Shown: piece after piece, positions 37,401-49,598 of the stretch
How positions within the stretch are numbered: position 1 is the stretch's first letter
How the letters are laid out: the number at the start of each line of letters is the position of its first letter
Source: Asterias rubens
Lineage: Eukaryota
Direction of reading: 5' to 3'
Length of the DNA: 64,000 bases
Assembly: GCF_902459465.1 (NCBI RefSeq)
Contig: NC_047080.1
Location: forward strand, 11,160,001-11,224,000
Translations under genes and position numbers: made by a program
The notes under the pieces: model-generated
What the model was told of the DNA's origin: nothing
What the model saw: the letters and a program-made list of their open reading frames with translations, nothing else
Database searches by the model: none

Positions 37401-38855
37401 GGGGAGAGGTTGATGGTTTCAAACATTGTGAGTAACAGCTCCCTCTGAAGTGACCTAGTTTGGGAGAAAGGAGTAATTTTCCACGAATTTGATTTTGAGA
37501 CCTCAAGTTTAGAACTTGAGGTCTCGAAATCAACCATCTAAACGCACACAACTTCGTGTGACAAGGGTGTTTTTTTCTTTCATAGTTATCTTGCAACTCC
37601 GACGACCGATCGAGCTCAAATTTTCACAGTTTTTCTTTATTATGCATATGTTGAGATACACCAAGTGAGAAGACTGATCTTTGACAATTACCAATAATGT
37701 CCAGTGTCTTTAACAACGCACTAGAAAAAGAAAAGAAAAAAAGTATAGTCCATTAAGGCTATTACTGAACACACATCCAGTGCTTTGATGAATCAGATAT
37801 ATTTCTTGGAATTCTCAGGAATCGGGAAAAAAAACATCGTCAACATCCAATGACCTCATCCTTGTACCCAAATCTTCTCCTCTTCCCCAGGGGCATTCCG
37901 ACTCTATGATCTGGACCACGATGGATTCATAACAAGAGAAGAGATGCTGAATATAGTAGATGCCATCTACCAGATGGTAGGCAATATGGTGCGCCTACCA
38001 GAGGAGGAGAACACCCCACAGAAGAGAGTGGATAGAATATTTGCCCTCATGGACAAGGTAAGGGGGCGTCCGGAATGGTGGCTACAGTTACAGCTAGATT
38101 TCGACACCATCATGCGCTGAAGAAAAGTTTGTCTTACGTAACATCCTAAGTAATAGTTGTAGCCGTAGCTGTAACCACCCATTCTGACACAGCATGATTT
38201 CCAAAGTCCTCTGGTATCTTTAGCGATCAACGAACATTTTTTGTGTTAAGACTTGATGGTTAAAGGAACACGTTGCCTTGGATCGGTCAAGTTGGTTTTT
38301 GAAAAGCGTTCAGTAATGGTTTGTTACAAAATGTATATGGGAAGAAAGATGCTGTTAAAGTAGAATACAATGATCTACACAAATATGCCTCCAAATTGCG
38401 TGGTTTTCTTTTTTACCTTCGTCGACTAACACAGTCGGCCACATCTTTCTAACCATATGCATTTCAAAACAAACGGTTTCAAATGTTTTTAATAGACCAA
38501 CTCATCCGATCCAAGGCAGTTCCTTAAAGTTAGGGTCGTACTTTGGTAGCAACTTGAAGCAAATTCTGTGTACTTTTTAGTCGAAGGTTTACTTTTTATA
38601 AATACACAATAAAATATGGTAATATACAAGGAGTCTATTTCCAAAACTTTGTTAATTTGACATTTACATTATCTTGTTTCGTGAAATCTAAAGTTTCAAA
38701 ACAAAATTCATCCCTCTAAATATATTAAATACTATTTCCTCTTCCTCTTTTTATAGAACAAAGATGACAAACTTACTAAAGAAGAGTTTCAGAATGGTTC
38801 TAAGGAAGATCCAACCATCGTGCAAGCATTGTCACTCTACGATGGTCTGGTATGA
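19425..38855 (+). CDS. NCS1: Neuronal calcium sensor 1 / frequenin, 190 aa, 7 exons
   Basis: Exons 19425-19488, 21998-22022, 23641-23689, 34849-34938, 36877-36955, 37891-38057, 38757-38855 (573 nt). Myristoylation motif MGKRNSK, EF1 KDCPNG, EF2 [14 protein letters not shown]3 [14 protein letters not shown]4 [13 protein letters not shown]-terminus ALSLYDGLV identical to NCS-1. Confidence 0.98.
19683..19814. mobile_element. 132-bp GG..CC MITE (Merlin-like), family M, copy 1
   Basis: Long TIR core tttccgtatggcgccaccactttttca; flanking repeat attttat (7 of 8 bp). Confidence 0.85.
19932..20063. mobile_element. MITE family M, copy 2
   Basis: 8-bp TSD aatcttat (19924-19931 and 20064-20071). Confidence 0.88.
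20371..20500. mobile_element. MITE family M, copy 3
   Basis: 8-bp TSD attagttg (20363-20370 and 20501-20508). Confidence 0.88.
22319..22685. mobile_element. TTAA MITE family A copy
   Basis: ttaa|agacactggacactattgg ... ccaatagtgcccactgcct|ttaa. Confidence 0.85.
23169..23534. mobile_element. TTAA MITE family A, subfamily with TIR agggaaggtacacgttt
   Basis: Perfect 17-bp TIR, TTAA on both sides; interior homologous to family A. Confidence 0.85.
23886..23904. mobile_element. 19-bp P-like terminal remnant CATAGAGG-ctt-CCTCTATG
   Basis: Termini match the 25593-25885 element; flanked by a 7-bp direct repeat gcctagg (23879-23885 and 23905-23911). Confidence 0.5.
25081..25575. mobile_element. TTAA MITE family A copy with an inserted segment near its left end
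   Basis: ttaa|aggcactg start, ~130 bp of unrelated sequence, then ctggacaccatcggtaa resumes; ends gtgtccagtgccctttag. Confidence 0.7.
25593..25885. mobile_element. 293-bp non-autonomous P-superfamily-like MITE
   Basis: 32/33-bp TIR catagagt(t)atatataagaactagagggcgcac and 8-bp TSD gctgcagt (25585-25592 and 25886-25893). CANRG termini with a 7-8 bp TSD are typical of P elements. Confidence 0.8.
26141..26531. mobile_element. ~390-bp TIR element (probable TA target)
   Basis: ~30-bp TIR tgtgacccgctctgtgaaaatgagtcagatg / catgtgactcattttcacagagtgggtcaca. Confidence 0.7.
26760..26945 (-). mobile_element. SINE family 3 (homologous to 45820-45975 on +)
   Basis: Shared core taagtgtcttgctcaaggacacaag / cttgtgttctcgggcaagacactt; tRNA-like boxes; tail ttcgtccttcagacgggacgtaaagcc. 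Confidence 0.6.
27200..27850 (-). mobile_element. Possible heavily decayed retroelement or transposon coding fragment
   Basis: Interrupted reading frames including [16 protein letters not shown], weakly like the Cys-knuckle end of non-LTR ORF2; many stops and frameshifts. Confidence 0.25.
29541..29690 (+). mobile_element. tRNA-derived SINE family 2 (other copies 32430-32555 and 32561-32740 on -)
   Basis: tggtctacttggtaagac A-box-like and gggtttgaatcccacc B-box-like; shared downstream gtaatatgcctgtg..cagt..cttg..cacataggtgtaagggta. Confidence 0.65.
29902..30290. mobile_element. TTAA MITE family A copy inserted into a GTGGATAA-rich tract
   Basis: ctaa|aggcagtggacac ... gtgtccactgcct|ttaa. Confidence 0.85.
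30317..30625 (+). repeat. Degenerate AT-rich cluster of GTGGATAA motifs
   Basis: Exact GTGGATAA at 30317, 30343, 30400, 30498, 30551, 30563 and 30592, plus variants; related words also at 29805-29890, left of the MITE. Confidence 0.75.
31386..31626. mobile_element. Palindromic MITE family with TIR gggc(c/t)caatttcatagagctgctaagca
   Basis: Both TIRs present here; partial copies near 36560-36632, 42545-42640, 43125-43255, 46075-46199, 54175-54250, 55197-55290, 56340-56484 and 62005-62095. Confidence 0.75.
33867..34110 (-). repeat. Dispersed pseudo-coding repeat homologous to 12490-12790
   Basis: Conceptual translation [32 protein letters not shown] versus PVVYNLTTQFFFLNALLNHNP/WKCDFEISKYIGYFN at 12.5 kb; in-frame stops in both copies. 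Confidence 0.7.
34440..34800 (-). mobile_element. Probable Penelope-like element terminal (pLTR / 3' end) fragment
   Basis: Carries the hammerhead motif that is characteristic of PLE termini. No RT or GIY-YIG ORF seen, so the assignment is indirect. Confidence 0.35.
34481..34519 (-). ncRNA. Minimal type-I hammerhead ribozyme motif (Penelope-like retroelement type), stem II decayed
   Basis: Minus strand reads atgcct-CTGAAGA-A-ggtccggagt-GAAA-GC-T-A-aggc(c)at. Stem I gcct/aggc, conserved core, palindromic AGCT stem III, NUH triplet CUA. Stem II cannot pair well. Confidence 0.55.
35093..35172 (-). mobile_element. tRNA-derived SINE family 1 copy
   Basis: Reverse complement ctagatagctcagctg..ggttgttggttcgaatccccctgtagtaaaattttctt matches 16897-16985 and 39978-40075. 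Confidence 0.7.
37331..37709. mobile_element. TTAA MITE family A copy
   Basis: ttaa|aggcagtggacac ... aatgtccagtgtct|ttaa. Confidence 0.85.
38264..38524. mobile_element. TTAA-type MITE family B
   Basis: ttaa|aggaacacgttgccttggatcgg ... ccgatccaaggcagttcct|taa; TIR with a small deletion. Confidence 0.7.
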
Positions 38856-39977
38856 TGACTTCCATCCCTCCCAAGATCATTGGTAACCAAAGTATAGTGA
38901 CCTACTCCTAGTTAAAGAAGTGTATTGACCCCTTGCACGCATGTCACACGCAGCGACTGTGCCATTCTCACCATTTTGGTGGTCAATAAGTTTACGTGTG
39001 AACGGGCGTCGCCTAAAATGCGCACGGTACTGAATAACGCACAGTGACATTGACCACCAAAATGGTGCATCCAAGATTATTCTGATGAAGACATCAAGTG
39101 AATTGGGTCAATAGATGCAATTTCTCATGAAGCTATTTACAGGCAGCCAGTTCTAGGCTATTTCCAAGAAGAACTTTCACAACTTTTACATGATTTTCGT
39201 TTCTTTGGTGGGGGGGGGGTAGTGAGGCACCGATGGGATTCTCCTCTTGTTTGACCAGTTGATAAACAAACAAAAATCTTAACCTGGCACTGCATGTAGT
39301 CACAAAAAAACAATCATGAGGAAGTTTCCATTTTGATAAAAAGTTGTCGAATAATAAACCACAAGAGAAGCTGCCTGGTTAAATTTTGAATGCTTTGGAG
39401 TTGGACCTAGTTCTGACTGATAAATTATGAGAAACAATTTTTTTCTAAAAGAACTTTTTGTGAAAAGAGGAGTAGGTCACAAACTATTGTGCTGAGATTA
39501 CATTATGTGCAAAAAAAGAAAAGTTTGTATTATTAAATGTATTTAAAAACAAAACACTTAAAAGCCGGAAAGGTTGGTAACATGTTTAGATGTTTTTGTA
39601 TTTGTGGTTTGGTTTATTTTGTTGAGAAAGATGGATATGTCAACCGTTAGTTACCCATAATACCTCATCAAAAGCAGTATGAGTAAAATCTTTGGATTTT
39701 TTGTTCAATATGTTTGTTTGTTTTTGTGTTTACATATTTTTTGTGAGATGGGGAATTTCACACCAGATAATTTCCAAGAAATTTCTGGGAAACTTAGGGA
39801 GACCTTTTTACACTTGAAATCTAGCCCAGACTAACTCCAGGTAGTTCCCAAGCAGGAGTAACGTTACTCCTGCTTGGGAAAAACATTAAATTAAGATCAA
39901 CCCGGGGCTTGCATGCCGAGTGTTGAATTGCTTCTGACTGGCTGCTTTGAACAAAGATAGGGAGACCGCCAACATAG

Positions 39978-40075
39978 GGCTAGATAGCTCAGTTGGTAGA
40001 GCGGCAGCACATTAAATCCAAAGGTTGTTGGTTCAAATCCCGCTCGAGTCAATTTTTTCATTGTTCACTACCTAA
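39978..40075 (+). mobile_element. tRNA-derived SINE family 1 copy (downstream of the NCS1 stop)
   Basis: Perfect A-box tagctcagttggtagagc and B-box ggttcaaatcc, but no acceptor stem; same 3' extension as the other copies. Confidence 0.7.
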
Positions 40076-41824
40076 GCTTGTTTATGGTTTATGCTTAAAC
40101 CTTTGTACCACCTCAATGTGTATATGTGCTAAAAACATAACAGTATTTGTCAAAGTTTGGGAAACAATGTTGGCAAAGAAAACAAATCATATATCATGTT
40201 TTTACGTCTGATAACTTCCCTTTTGTACAAAAAGCTTTTTGGTAGAGTAAATAATATACAAATATTAATATAACACACGCACGTATTTATTTTGTTATTT
40301 GGACTTTCAGAAATGACGAAAACGTGCAACCAAATCTGGTAGTATGAGATAATTGCAATAAATATAAAGATGTTATTAAGGTACTAGAATTTTAAAAAAT
40401 TTGAAAAAGTAATGCTTTCTGGAACACAAAAAAAAAATCACCATTTATAAACATAGGTTTTATGTGCAAACTCTTTTGGGACTTTTGCATTGTTGTACAA
40501 AGGATATACAAAAGTATGTACAGAAAAAAACAAAATCTTAAGTAAGAAGCAGTTTCGTTTTTTTAGACGCCCAATTTGAATTTTGAATTATAATTTCTTC
40601 ACTGTAGTTGTGCACATTCTTTTGGGACTATTGCAATGTACACAAACCCATATGTACAAAGCAATTAATGAAACAGATATAGAGTAGCTTAGTAGGAAGT
40701 GCAGTTTGGAATTTGAGTCTGTGGAACTAGTCTGATGAATCATGCTACTTAAAAGACCACCTAAGAGCCTAAAATACTCGCAGAAGAAATTGTTACTCAC
40801 AAAGTACACAGCCTTCGAAGCATTTTTTATTTGATCAACCGTTGTACATGTATTCACAGACGAAAATCTGTCATAGTCTTTATATTACCATTGAAAATAC
40901 AAGATCATGCCTCGAGAAAATAAATAATTTGTTGCAATAATTTCGTTTACAGGTTTCTGTTGAGTGGAATGTGTCTTCAGGTTTTCACAGATGTTAAAGT
41001 AGTGTGCACTCTCAAATTGAAATACAGGGTACTACGTGTAGTTTTGTTTATAGAGACAGTCTATACGTAGATGTATGTGGAATTTATTTTCAGCTGCCAT
41101 TTTTAGTTGGTGGTTTGATGGTGAAAATATGGTGAAATATTTTTCTCATATTTATTATTCTGTAATGTATTGACCTTTTTTTCACAATCATCAAAATCTG
41201 CAACTATACATTTTATCTGCGTTTCTTGAACTATTCATTGTAACTTGTAACATAACTATGGGAGACTTTGGTGACAATAGTTGGCAGCACACTTACCAGG
41301 TAAATCCGTTGTTTTCAGTAGTGTGCGCTTACGCAGAACTACGTAAACAATGGACATTTACCTTGAAAGTCTGCTTTCCTCAAGCATTCCAAAGTCTCCC
41401 ATTTGATCTGATATACATTCTTACAAGTATTTTAATTCAACTTGCTTCCCAAGAAGAAATAGAACCATGTGTGTCCTATGACACTTTAACTGCACTATCA
41501 TGTACTACAAGCAAGTCACTATTATTCGTTGTTGTCATAACCTTTTCTCACTGTAGTACTTGTATCTTCATCCTTTTGACTTATAAGCTGCACATTTAAG
41601 TGTTTGTAAATATTTACTTAATCATGTGGACCTCGTTCACTGAATATTTATTAAATGGTTTTGAAACTAATTTCTCTTCCAGTGCAATGTTTCATTTCTT
41701 GTGATTTACTCAAGCAAGACTTGAACATTTTTCTTGCAGGAAATGACTTGACTTTGGTGCCTTAGACATTCTTTACCTTACACGTCGCACGCGGCAACTG
41801 CCAAGCTCTACAGGTTTGCAAGTC

Positions 41825-41966
41825 AACGTGCAAATGCTGCGTAATCTAAAATGGCACTACACTGTAGAACACTATGGACATCGACTCCAAAAAACGTGCA
41901 AATGCTGCGTAATCTAAAATGGCACTACACTGTAGAACGCTATGGACATCGACTCCAAAAAACGTG
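41825..41966 (+). repeat. 68-bp tandem duplication (2 copies, 1 mismatch)
   Basis: aacgtgcaaatgctgcgtaatctaaaatggcactacactgtagaac(a/g)ctatggacatcgactccaaaa twice, between the convergent NCS1 and AK8 3' ends. Confidence 0.95.
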
Positions 41967-42689
41967 AAACTGTTCATTTAACGATGCATTATTAACCAGC
42001 ACTTTTTTTATCCCATAACTGATGCAGCAGTAGAGATGACCCTTGAGGCAAAGTCGAGACAAAATGACACATCATGGTAACACATTGGTCAGATAAAACT
42101 TTCTTTGTATCATTTTAATAATGAAATTAATATTAGGACTAAACACAAAAGGGTGGTATATAAAACAAGTCTTAACTTGGTCATTTAAAGGGTTGAAGTG
42201 GAAGTAATGGTTAATTCATGTGATTTTATGCAGTATGTACAGATTAATCGATTTCAATATAAAAGATGTTCATATTGTTGACAATTATTTTTTATTTCAT
42301 GGACGGATGCCTATTTAATGAACATTTTGAAAAGCAATTGTGCTTATTATTAGGGCATTACTCTTCACTGTATCTTGCTGCGCTAACATAATGAAAATCT
42401 CAAAGACACTCATAAATGTTATTTGACAATTCAACAAACATTCAAAAATAAGTCTGACCTCGGCCCAAAACTGTCACACAACTCTTATCTGCTTACGGTT
42501 TAACCATCAAATTGATCAGTATCTTTCCAAAGCAAAAACCAATCGGATCTGGGCCTGACTTTCATGAAGATGGTAAGCACAGGAATATATCTGCTTAAGC
42601 ACCACAGTCTCCTTCTAGCATTAACTAGCTGCAATCCAAAGTGCCAATTATTCAATTTGATAAATTACAAAGATCCGCCTCTGATAGTT

Positions 42690-45600
42690 TTAATCTTGCT
42701 GTATCAATCTCTTGGGAAGTGGATTGACCAGCATGCTCTCAACACACTCAAACACAGTATGCGGATCCTGGTCTGCGTTTATATGTTGCGCATCCTCATA
42801 GAAGTCCGCGATCTCCTCGGCATACGCGTAGTACTGCGACAGACGGTTGCGAACGATTTCTTCGGCGTCTGTGGGGTGCTGGACGGAGCGGTCTTTGATG
42901 CTGTTGGTGCGAGGCGGGTTGTAGAGGGCGTGGTACTGACTGCCGGTGACAACGTCCAGGGATCGGAGGGTAAGGCGCTCGTAGACGGAGTCGTTGGGGA
43001 CGTCCAAGAAAAACACCCTGATGGAATAATAATAATAATAACAAATGGCTTTACATCGCACCAAGAAATAATTGTAAAGTATCTTGCTCATGGACACAAG
43101 TGTCAAGACGGGCACAACTTTCATGGCTCTGCTTACCCTAAGCAATGAATTGGCGGTTAAGGAAGCAGGGTATTCTGCCCTAACGTCAAATGTATTTTTA
43201 ATCGTAAGCGCAGAATTTGGCAATTGGTAAAGCCATGAAATTGGGCCAAGGACCCACACTCGAGCTTGAGCCAAGTGTCCTTCAATGCTCGGCCATGTCA
43301 TGCCACAACCGTTAAGAGACCTTGCATTGTTGATAAATGCATTGTTGATAAACAAGTTCCTTGTTGAATACCTGTTTGGTTCGTGTCCGATCTTGGACAG
43401 GTTTTCCGCCTGCTCTCTGGTCCTGGGGAATCCCCTAAGTACCCATCCTCTAGAGGCGCAGTCTAGCTGGGCTAATCTCTCATCTAGAATCTTGATCATC
43501 AGATTATCTGGCACTGAAAATATATACAGAACGAATGCAAAGCTATTACGGGTGCTGCACAATTTCAAGTGATAATGCTAGCTTTTATGTATTGCAGCTC
43601 TTAACGTATCAATGCGCCTTGCATTAGTGCCCTTGTCATTTGGCCAATAACATTCCGTTTATCTTTCGCAGCTCCCTGTGGGGTATACAGCCCCAGGCTG
43701 CCATGGCACCTCTACCCTCGCAGGTACAGTAATGTTAAAGCAGGCTTGAAAGTTGATTGAACGTTCAATATTGAAAAACACTTGCTCCGAGGGCTTTCTC
43801 AAATACAGTATCAACCTCTACCCCTGCAGATACAATAATGTTAAAGCTGGCTTGAAAGTTGATCGTACGTTCAATATTGAAAAACCTTTGCTCTGAGGGC
43901 TTTCTCATACACAGTATCAACCTCTACCCTCGCAGGTACAATAATGTTAAAGCAGGCTTGAAAGTTGATCGAATGTTTAATATTCAAAACCTTAAAGTTG
44001 AGGGAGGGAGGGAGTAAGGAGAAAGGTTGCATGAACCATTTTTCAGTGGTTAATACTCACCAAGCATATTTCTCTCCACATAAGGTTTGATAGCTTCTCC
44101 AACCTTAGACTCATTAGTAATTGCTTCCTTCACCAGCTGGCCAGATGACACTAGAGTGAAAATCAACAAAACTCTTCATATTCAGTCGAGAATTACCCCA
44201 AATTTGGTTTGGGATGACTGGGTGAAAAACAGTTGCTGTAAAAAGGTTTTTTGTTCGCAAGTAACATTAGTTTGGCCATGGTTACGGTTTAATAAAGATC
44301 AGTGGGTCGCACCTCCATCGCTGAGAATACTTTGAGTGTTAGCTATTTCCATAAAATATATATTTTTTACTCTAAGAAATTATCTTCTTTTAGTCAACAG
44401 CGCACTAACATGCAGACAGATTTTTTAAGGAAAATTGCAACATATATTAGTAATGTTTCATTAACTTTGTTGACCTGTAAAGGTGTATATTTGACTTTAA
44501 TGTTGAAGTTCCAATTTCCAAGTTTGGATTAGCAGAATTCTGAGTCACATTTTTCGAGTACACTTTTGTTTAATCCAAGTATTTCGATCAGTATGCTCTG
44601 ATTGTCTTTAGGAGAATGTGGCTTAATGGACGATTTGATTGAAAAATTCCAGCTGGACTGGTACCAGGATTCAGTCAACAGAGGGGGTACTCTCTTTGAC
44701 CACTCTGTACTTCCAGCCCCTTGACTTACCGTTCACAGCGTTGTACTTGCTGGCAAGCAGAGCGGCCTGCACCGTCTTGCCACTGCCTGTTGGGCCTAGG
44801 AGAACTATACGTGGTGTATGGGGAGCTAGAGATCGTGGGTTGCTACTCAGGAATGTCAATACTACACACAGAAGGAAAGAAGTCACGTTAGACACGGTAC
44901 CACACTTTGGAAAACACAAAATCAACACCAATGCAAGTGGGAGGTATTTGCCTCGAGCGATGAGCTTGCATGAGGATGATCGCAAATGAGAACTTTATTA
45001 GTAGGATTTAAAACAGTGCATGACATTGAATGGTCACACAGTAGGAGGGTTGACTGTGTACTGTGTACACATGGTTTAGCTTGGCATAGTGTATTTATCA
45101 TTCAATACCATAGTAAAGAAATTACTTTTGGCCTTGTAAGAATATTTCTAGTTCAGAGAAAGTTACAGGGAGCATTTTGTTTATTTATATTTTTGCTGGT
45201 TACTTCAAATTTAAAAAGTGGTTTCAGAATGATCCTCTCTCCTCTCCTACCTTGTGAGAAGACGTCAGCCTTGGGCTGGTCAGCGTTGATCGCCTTGTAA
45301 CGATTCTGATACCCACTCTGCAGTCCGTGTGCGTAACGGTGATAGACAAGGAGGCGTTCAACCGTAGCCTCTTCACCACACCCCTCTGTTGGCTCAATGA
45401 GGCGTCTCTCAACCTCAACCCCAGATGGGTAGTCAAAGGTGGTGTGGTACACATCTTAAAGGAGTAGAATCAGACACAAAAATAGTCGTAAGTTCTCTTT
45501 TTTTAAATTTATTTTGTTTTATGCAAGTCGCCAGACACACAAGGCCACTTTAAGGTGTGGGCTACAGTTATTTTTTTCCAGAGGCCTTTGCCACCTACTC

Positions 45601-48600
45601 CTTGGGCTGAAACGGGGTTACCCCCTTCACAGTACGGATGTAGGCTTTGGTATCATAAATCCGAAGCAAAAAGAAAATTGTGGGAGTTTGGTTATTAACC
45701 AATATCGCCAGTGCAGAAGAAAGTTGCAAGTTGAATTTATCACAAAGTTGCACAGAGAGAGGCTCTATGCAGATTAATGTTATATCTTGCTATGATCAGA
45801 ACTGTATGCACCTAGATAATTTGAGCTAGTTGTATGTAGCGTGTCATGGCCAAGTGGTCTAGAACATTGTACTACAGTTCTGATTGCCGAGTCATCAGAG
45901 TGTGGGTTCGAATCCCCATATTGACACTTGTGTTCTCGGGCAAGACACTTGACTATAATTGCATTTTGCACAGTATTGCAACCCAATGTCATAGTTCCGT
46001 TATAGCAAAGAATCAGCGCTGAAGTGTTGTTCACAGGTTAACAATGAGTTTTTGTTTTTGCGCATGCGTACTCCACATTACTAGCTTTCTTTGCTTACAC
46101 AGCTAGCAAATTCCGCGCTTGCCTTGTAAGCAAGGAATGGTGATCGTAAGCACAGATTTCAGCAGTAAGTAGAGCCATGAAGTAATGAAGTTGGGCCCTT
46201 CTCTCATACAACCTTCTCACAAGCTTTATGGTTCTGCGTTGCCGACGACGTTATGTCTAGATTCAAATCAACCAACCTCCTGTTTCTGGATCGACTCTTT
46301 TCCCCATTTGTCGCTCGATCAACACGGTGTCTGGTGCTTCTAACACAACTACATTGAAGAGACAAAAAAGAAGATATTTCAGATGAAAAGGACTGCTTAT
46401 GTATTTGCATTTTTTGAGGGTTGATTTGACAGTGAAGCTGCCTTTATAAAAAGGAGAAAACAGAATTAGCTATTGCAAACAATTTACCAACCAAAAGAAC
46501 CGCTGGTCCAAATGCAAAAAATAGTTAATGGTACAGAAAGGATATGCAACCCTCATTAAAAAGAGCACTGTTTAAAAGAGGTTCTGTTTATAAAGAGTAC
46601 ATTCTGAATCTCATTTCTGCTTTGTGTGTGTTTGTTTTGCTGTCCTCTTATATCAACATTCCGTTAAATTTGGCAAGTCCCAGCGATCTTGTTATATCGA
46701 GTGTCGACTGTAGACATAATTTCCTTAACGATAAGTTACATCAACCAAACTTACCATAGTGTTTAGGCATTATGCCAACCTCTTGCAGAGCAAGAGCTTG
46801 TTCTCTTGTCTCAGGGAAACCGTCGAGCACCCAACCTTTCCTCACGCAGTCAAAGAGCTTCATCCTGGTTGAAAGAAGATCCACCCACAAGCTCTTAGGG
46901 ATGTCCTGTTGAGAGAACCAAAAACAGGGGCAATTAAAAACCCAAAACGGAGGCAATTGATACTTGGTTGTAAGGGCATATCAACTTTACCTCGATGAGG
47001 AAATTTGTGCATTCGTACTAGAACATTCAAAGGGCAATTTCCAGGGGCATCGAGGCTTGGCCAAATGGAGGCAACTTTGCAAATGGCACCTTGATGAGAG
47101 AATTTGTGAATTTGTACTTGAACATTTCAAAGGGCACCAAGGCAATGACTAGCCACATTAAGGCAATGTCCTCTATTGCCTCAGTGAAGAAGCATGATCA
47201 GGCTTTCACTTCCTGGAGGAACATGTATATTTCTTCTTGAACATTTCTACAGGCACCAAGGCAATGACAATGGGCACAAATTGAGGAAATTGCTTCTATT
47301 ACCCGGCGAGGAGGCATCAGGGAAATGTAAATTTCTAATGGGACATTTCCAAGGGCACCATTCCAACAAACATACCTCATTTTTCTTCAGGTGTTCCTTT
47401 GCTGTTGCTGCAAGTGACGACACATCATCGGCTAGCAGTGTCTCTTTGCTGATGTATGCTGTGCGGAGCTTTGTGCACACTAGACGCGCTATGGTGGTCT
47501 TGCCTGATGCTGGCGGCCCATGTATGATTATCGCAGGGACTAGAAAAATGTAAAATAGTCAATAAATGATAAATTTATGCTAGATATATATAATCTCATT
47601 TTGTCAAACAGTAAGAGATTGGTAAGCAATGAATGAGTCATTAAATATGTGAGCAAATTCTGTTTTGTTCAAACAGTAATCAACTGTCTTTAAACATTCC
47701 AATTCATGCTTTTCAGCAGTAAGTTGGTTGATCTATAAAAGTTGTACCTAATGGTAAACCTTGGTTGATATTTCAAATGTGATCATTCGAACATGAAAAG
47801 GTTGTTTTACTTTCAGGAAACTTTATGTAAAATCAGGGGGAGGGTTGGTAGCTCTCCATTAATCGATGATGTAATTAGATCATGAATAAAGTAGTGAACC
47901 TAGCCCAGGTTGGACTGCTCCGTTGCATAGTGCAACAGACACTGATGCCCTACCACAGCTAGCACTGAACCATGTCACGTCTTACCATCATTGTTTTCTT
48001 TCTTCAACTGCTCCAGGAGGAAATCCAGAGGGTCTTGAGGCTTTGCAACGATCAGGCCCTCTATCAACCTCTACAAAAACAGAAACAAACAAATTGAATT
48101 GGGATTTTCAAACAAAAATATAAAAAAATGGGTAATATTCCGTATGGCGCCACCACTTTTTCACAAATTTTTACAAAAGGGATATCTCATTTTGAGTAAT
48201 ATTATTATTTCATATCAATGAAAAAGTTGTGGTGCCATACGGAGGCTTTTCCTATAATTTTGCTAGGTTTTATTGTTAGTTAGTTGTCGTTTATGCATCA
48301 AAGAGCCGCACTATGTGATTGATGATTTACCGGCGAGTTATTAAGCGAAATCACTTTGCATCAAAACCAGGTGTACAACTTACAATATAAGAGAAACTCA
48401 GACATTGGATTGGAGTTGGACATTGATTGAATAAGGTTTATCTCCAATAGAGGGCGCTGTTGAACCCACACAAAGATATAGGCGATGCGTGTGCGAGTCG
48501 TGCGTGACAACATACATTGCAATAGCAAACTGCCTCATATATGCCTTCCCACTAAACCTTACGAAGTGAAAATTTCAAATTTCATGCATCTCTATTTTAT

Positions 48601-49350
48601 TTATTTAGTAGGGCCTATTTGATTTGATTTCTTTTTACAACATTTTGACACAGATTTATGATGTTATACGAACGCTCAGCACCCTGGCCTGGGACAATTC
48701 CTGTCCATCTGCACTTGTGAATAAGCAAAGTATGAAAGTATTTCGTTTACCGGTCGCACTAAATACCGACAACTCACGACAACTCACGACAACTCACGAC
48801 AAGTACGTCGAAAGACAACATGGCGGATATTTACGTTTGCAACTAAATTTGGGGTAAAAAACACCTTTTTTACAGTTAAAAATACAATTTTTTTAACAGT
48901 TTGAAAGTGATTTGGGTGCATATGACTCTTGTGCATATATTTACCGGTTTAATTATGTTCAAATGTTCTGTTAAAGTGCATTTAAAAATTGTTGTCGTGA
49001 GTTGTCGTGAGTTGTCGGTATTAGTGCGACCCAAGTATTTCGGTCATGAAAGAGAAGTATGCCTATTAACTATATTTGGAGAAGTAAACATGCTTCTGCT
49101 GCTACCGCACCAGGTTTTCGAATTTAATTAATTAAGAAATTAATTGAAAAATAAAAAAGTTTAAAAATATCCAGAAATAAATCAAAACAAGACCCCGATT
49201 TATTAAAATTATAATAAATAAATGAAGATTCTAAGTACAAATGGCGAGAATTGAATCATACTGTACCTTATAAAGTTCAAAAAGTCCATGTTTTTCAGCA
49301 TAAGTGCCAAATTGTGGAGGAATTCGCAATGGTTTTTTGGTCTGATCCAT
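42690..49350 (-). CDS. AK8: Adenylate kinase 8 (two AK domains), 483 aa, 10 exons
   Basis: Exons 49350-49267, 48070-47986, 47539-47376, 46905-46755, 46348-46277, 45454-45251, 44861-44730, 44150-44061, 43513-43372, 43017-42690; phases consistent (1452 nt). N-terminus [15 protein letters not shown]-loops GPPASGKT and GPTGSGKT, motifs GWVLDGFP and GWVLRGFP, C-terminus NPLPKR match AK8. Confidence 0.96.
43709..43993 (+). repeat. 106-bp tandem repeat, ~2.7 copies, in an AK8 intron
   Basis: Units start cctctaccc at 43709, 43815 and 43921. Confidence 0.9.
45820..45975 (+). mobile_element. SINE family 3 copy
   Basis: tggccaagtggtctag A-box-like and gggttcgaatcccc B-box, followed by cttgtgttctcgggcaagacactt. 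Confidence 0.65.
46965..47362 (+). repeat. Degenerate tandem array of the gggcaccaaggcaatgac repeat family
   Basis: Three to four imperfect units (gaacattt..agggcaccaaggcaatgac); related fragments near 26560-26640, 31040-31080 and 61200-61295. Confidence 0.55.
48131..48252. mobile_element. MITE family M, older degraded copy (AK8 first intron)
   Basis: ttccgtatggcgccaccactttttcac ... gaaaaagttgtggtgccatacgga; no clean TSD. Confidence 0.75.
48751..49032. mobile_element. ~280-bp foldback element with 10-bp subrepeats in its TIRs
   Basis: ggtcgcactaaataccgacaactcacgacaactcacgacaac.. / ..gttgtcgtgagttgtcgtgagttgtcggtattagtgcgacc. Confidence 0.75.
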
Positions 49351-49598
49351 TTTAATGTTTACGTGCTGGCTCTCTCGCTCCGATCATCATCCTGTCATTA
49401 TCATCGTTGCTAAGGAGCCGAGACTGTTCCATAACGTATCATTTGATTGGTTAATTTTCTTTAGAAGCGGTCAAAAGCTATACTAGAGAGCATTTCATTG
49501 GCTATTTAAAGTCACTTCAGATTGTGGCACAGGAGGGCGCTGCAACAAAATGGCAGCCTCCATTCGGAAATTTTGGATCGAAACGTTGTGGCATTATG

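Noticed and set aside
39978-40050. tRNA gene
   Set aside because: A and B boxes are present, but there is no acceptor stem or proper anticodon arm, and diverged copies share a non-tRNA tail. It is a SINE head.
42564-43572. Plus-strand ORFs of 194 aa and 95 aa
   Set aside because: They are antisense shadows of the last AK8 exons plus MITE sequence.
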